Assembly: GCA_964016885.1 (NCBI GenBank)
Contig: OZ024742.1
Coordinates: 128,650,001 to 128,714,000, forward strand
Origin: Eledone cirrhosa
Lineage: Eukaryota
Reading direction: 5' to 3'
DNA length: 64,000 nt
The notes below the pieces were generated by a model. It saw nothing but the letters and a program-made list of their open reading frames with translations. It did no database searches and was not told the origin of the DNA. Below are positions 60,465-64,000 of this stretch, piece after piece. Numbering within the stretch: the stretch's first letter is position 1; each line of letters opens with the position of its first letter. The position numbers were made by a program, and so were the translations under genes.

Positions 60465-60690
60465 AAGTATGGAACAGCTGCCAGGACACTGCATCCTTTA
60501 AAACCTCCATGCTTCCTGAAATTTGTCAACACTACACCTGATATCCCCCCCCCCTCCATACAAATGCATACACGACTCATATACTGTTCCCTTCCCTGAC
60601 ATGTTTACATTATTCTATGTACTATACATGCACCTTTGATGAGTTGTAGCGCACCTGAGCATTGTACACAATTTCATTATAATTATTATT
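60465..60690 (+). mobile_element. CR1 3' end fragment
   Basis: Matches 31125-31380. Confidence 0.8.
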
Positions 60691-62335
60691 ATATAAACAC
60701 AATAGACAAACATTAACAGCACACAACTGAGCAGATAAAAAAGACTGACAGTGAGCAGTGCTCTTCAAAAGGAGATCTACTCAGATACTCATGCAGCAAG
60801 CAAGTCCCACAGTTGTCGTGAGCAATAAGAAGAGATTCTGTGTCCCACATAAGCAACCTACATGCAGGTTAGTGACTACATGTTTCCAACATATTAAGTC
60901 TTCATGCATCATTCCCATCTCATTGCTATAGAATTTTAACCCTTTTGATACCAACCTGCCCAAAACAACCCCTGCTTCTATGAAACAAAGTCACCCATTT
61001 TAAATGGTTCCTATTAATTTACAATCATCCAACATAATTCAATAGAACCCTTGTTAGCGGGGAAAGTGGACATTACAATGGTAATGAACCTTTTGTGAAG
61101 CTATATTACAAATACCATCTTAATAATAAAATGAAAGGGAAGTTAATGCCCTTGTAATATTTTAAGTTCCATAGAACTAGCACAGTACCTCATAACTATC
61201 TTCATTCTATTGGTATGATCCAGGGAGAAACTGAGGTAAGATTTCCAATGACAATAAAGGCCAAAGGCTCAGGTATATGGGAGCAACATCACCTTCAGCT
61301 GGCACTGAAGAACCCCAAAATAGTCAACACTATTTCTAGCTCAACATGTTCTATACCAGAGTAACCTTCTTCTCAAGACATCATAATGCCATGTGTAGCA
61401 TAGAGTTATGGCCCTTTATGTTCTGAGTTCAAATCCCTCCGAGGTTAGCTTTGCCTTTCATCTTTATGGGGCCAATAAAATAAAGTACCAGTAATACACT
61501 GGGGTTGATTTAATCAAAACTTCCTCCCCAAAATTGCTGTCCTTGTGCCTAAAATAGAAACAATTATTATGAAATGACTTCTACAAAACTAGAACAGTTT
61601 CATACATAAGAAATCATCAAGAAATGAAATAGTTCTAGTCCTGTAGAAATTCTAGTCCAAGATAAATTCTACCTTATATTTGAAGCCAATATTTTGCTGA
61701 TTTCACCAACTTGAACATTCTATGTAAAGGGTGTTGCCCCAGCATGGCCTCAGCCAAATGGCTGGAATAGGTAAAAGAGTAAATGAGATGCTAAGATATT
61801 TTCACTTTGCTGGTGAATAAAACACTGGGTTTATTTTGGAGGTGAAATTCGTATTTCCTTTTGTTTTTTATGTTTTGAATGAATATGACCTATAAACAGG
61901 ATTTGGACTTTTGCCCATTTCTCAGGCATAAAATAGAGGGGTCAGCTTAATATTCGAGTATATACAGTAATTAAGGAATGAAATCAAAGAAAAATAGCTA
62001 TGTAACTAAACATAAAACTGCTGTAGTGGATAATTTTATGTTAGGGCAAAATCTAGCAGTGGAAAATATATAAATGAGGTCAGAACAGCAAAGCAGATCA
62101 AAGAACAACAGAAAATGAAATAGTTATTTGGTGAAACCTAGTAGTGTTATTTTAATGCCAATGTAAACACAGGGATATTTCAAGGCCACCAGCGAGAACA
62201 AGCATAGACATGTGCTCAAGCATGCTCATTCACTGACACTCATTCACTCAATCATAGCCACAAAGATTTAACTCTTAACAACCTGCTCTATGTCAGAGTA
62301 ACCTTCTTCTCGAGACATCAACTATAGTAATGTCA

Positions 62336-62370
<35 letters not shown>

Positions 62371-62711
62371 TGTTATTATTATTATTAGTAGTATCAGTAG
62401 AGGGTCGGACGCCATGCTTTGTAGCAAAGAGTTACGGCCCTTTATGGTCTGAGTTCAAATCCCACCGAGGTTAACTTTGCCTTTCATCCTTACAGGGTTG
62501 ATAAAATAAAGTACTAGTAATACACTGGGATAATTGCTGGCCTTGTGCCAAAAGTAGAAACAATTATTATTATTATTATTATAGAAATGACTTCTACAAG
62601 ACTAGAACAGTTTCATATGTAACAAGTCATCAAGAAATGAAACAGTTCTAGTCCTGTAGAAAATATCTAAAAATGTTATCTATTTTTAGAAACATGGAGC
62701 AGTTGTGTACT

Positions 62712-62870
62712 TATTGAAAATTTAGAAGCTTCAATTCATTTTTTTTTACTATGAAAAATAGTCTAATAAATTGGGCATAAAAGCTGTAATTTTTTCCAGT
62801 TCAGAGGCTTTTACACCCAATTTATTAGACTGTTTTTCAAAATATGTTGAAGCTTCTAAACTTTCAATAA
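62712..62870. repeat. ~70-bp inverted repeat (foldback)
   Basis: tattgaaaatttagaagcttcaa..gtctaataaattggg / cccaatttattagac..ttgaagcttctaaactttcaata. Confidence 0.8.
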
Positions 62871-64000
62871 ATATCTAAAAATGTGTTTGTGAATTCAAAT
62901 ATTTATAGTATCTTTACTAATGGACAGATTGTGAAAATTTATAACATTAAAGTCGATAATTTTGAATGATATAGTAATTTCGTTTTTCTAAAATTAATGT
63001 TACTATGCAAAGTCTTTAATATCCAGTAATGAATCATTTAGTAGAAAATATTTAAAAACAGGTTTGTCTATTCAAATGTTTACAGCATCTTTACTAGTGG
63101 TCAGATTGTTGTTAAAATTTGCAGTGTTAGAGTAAAGACTTTAATGTAATGTAGTAATAGTGGTGTTTTGTACTTTTTCAAGAATATCTTGCTAATGTGG
63201 TTTCTTGTGGTACAGGATGTTTTAAGTTAGAGAGCAAGGTATGTAAAAGGTAAATGTGAATTGGGATAGGTATTTCTACATTCCTATACACTGATATTTC
63301 TGGATAGTTGGTAAGATTTTACAAAAGGGTGTGGTGAACAAAGGTAAAAAATACTTTTAATATACAAACATATAAACATATAAACATGCCAAATATACAT
63401 TTTTCTCAGTAAACTAAAAAAATGATAAAAACATTTAATCAATTTTTTAAACTCTAGACTGTATATATAAGTACATAACTTTATCATATACTTTAGCTGT
63501 TTAGTGCATAACTTTATATATATATATATATATATATATTCGGTATACAAGGATGCAATTCACTTCTATATATATATACATCATCATCATCATCATCATC
63601 ATTACTGTTTAATGTCCATTTTTCTATGCTAGCATGGGTTAGACAAGTTGTCCTGTTCTGAGACAAGTCAGATCAAATGACTGTTGTTCATAGTTAACTG
63701 TTTCTGGCTTGATATTTACAACTGGATGCCCTTCCTAATGCCAACCAAATTTATAGTGTGGACTGGGTGTGTTTTGTCATGACACCAAAACAATCACTTT
63801 ACAGTGTGGACTGAGCACTTTTTGTCACGGCAGCAAAACGATAAAAAGCATCCATTCCACACTATAAAGATGGTTGGAATTAGAAAGGGCATCCTGCCAT
63901 AGAAGCCAAGCCAGAAACAGTTCTGTATGAGGAAGACATGGTCATCTGATCAGACTTGTCACACAACGGGACAAGCCGTCTAGCCCAGGCTAGCATGGAA

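Noticed and set aside
61673-61719. Possible further upstream SNX exon on the minus strand
   Set aside because: It has AG/GT boundaries, but no frame resembles the expected PX-BAR sequence.

Overview
This is AT-rich, repeat-dense animal DNA. The RTE LINE and SINE families and the abundant (TA)n/(CAT)n microsatellites suggest an octopus, though that is inference. One host gene can be supported: the last five coding exons (BAR domain and stop codon) of an SNX9/SNX18/SNX33-family sorting nexin on the minus strand (58158 to 40440); its upstream exons appear to lie outside the window. The rest is mostly mobile DNA: several RTE-clade LINEs (one near-intact, with a PHD-type finger inside the RT), a Tx1/L1 LINE nested in an RTE nested in a 27-bp satellite, Penelope and CR1 fragments, a decayed Helitron, a solo LTR, hAT-, piggyBac- and Merlin-like MITEs, two tRNA-SINE families and many satellites. 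The least explained signals are four distinct hammerhead-ribozyme motifs (three in short elements at TA microsatellites, two inside a SNX intron), a modular foldback/satellite region with decayed acidic exon-like units (2.3-10.2 kb), and SINEs that share a head but carry different tails. Most long ORFs in the track are artefacts of repeats. All calls were made by eye, without database searches.
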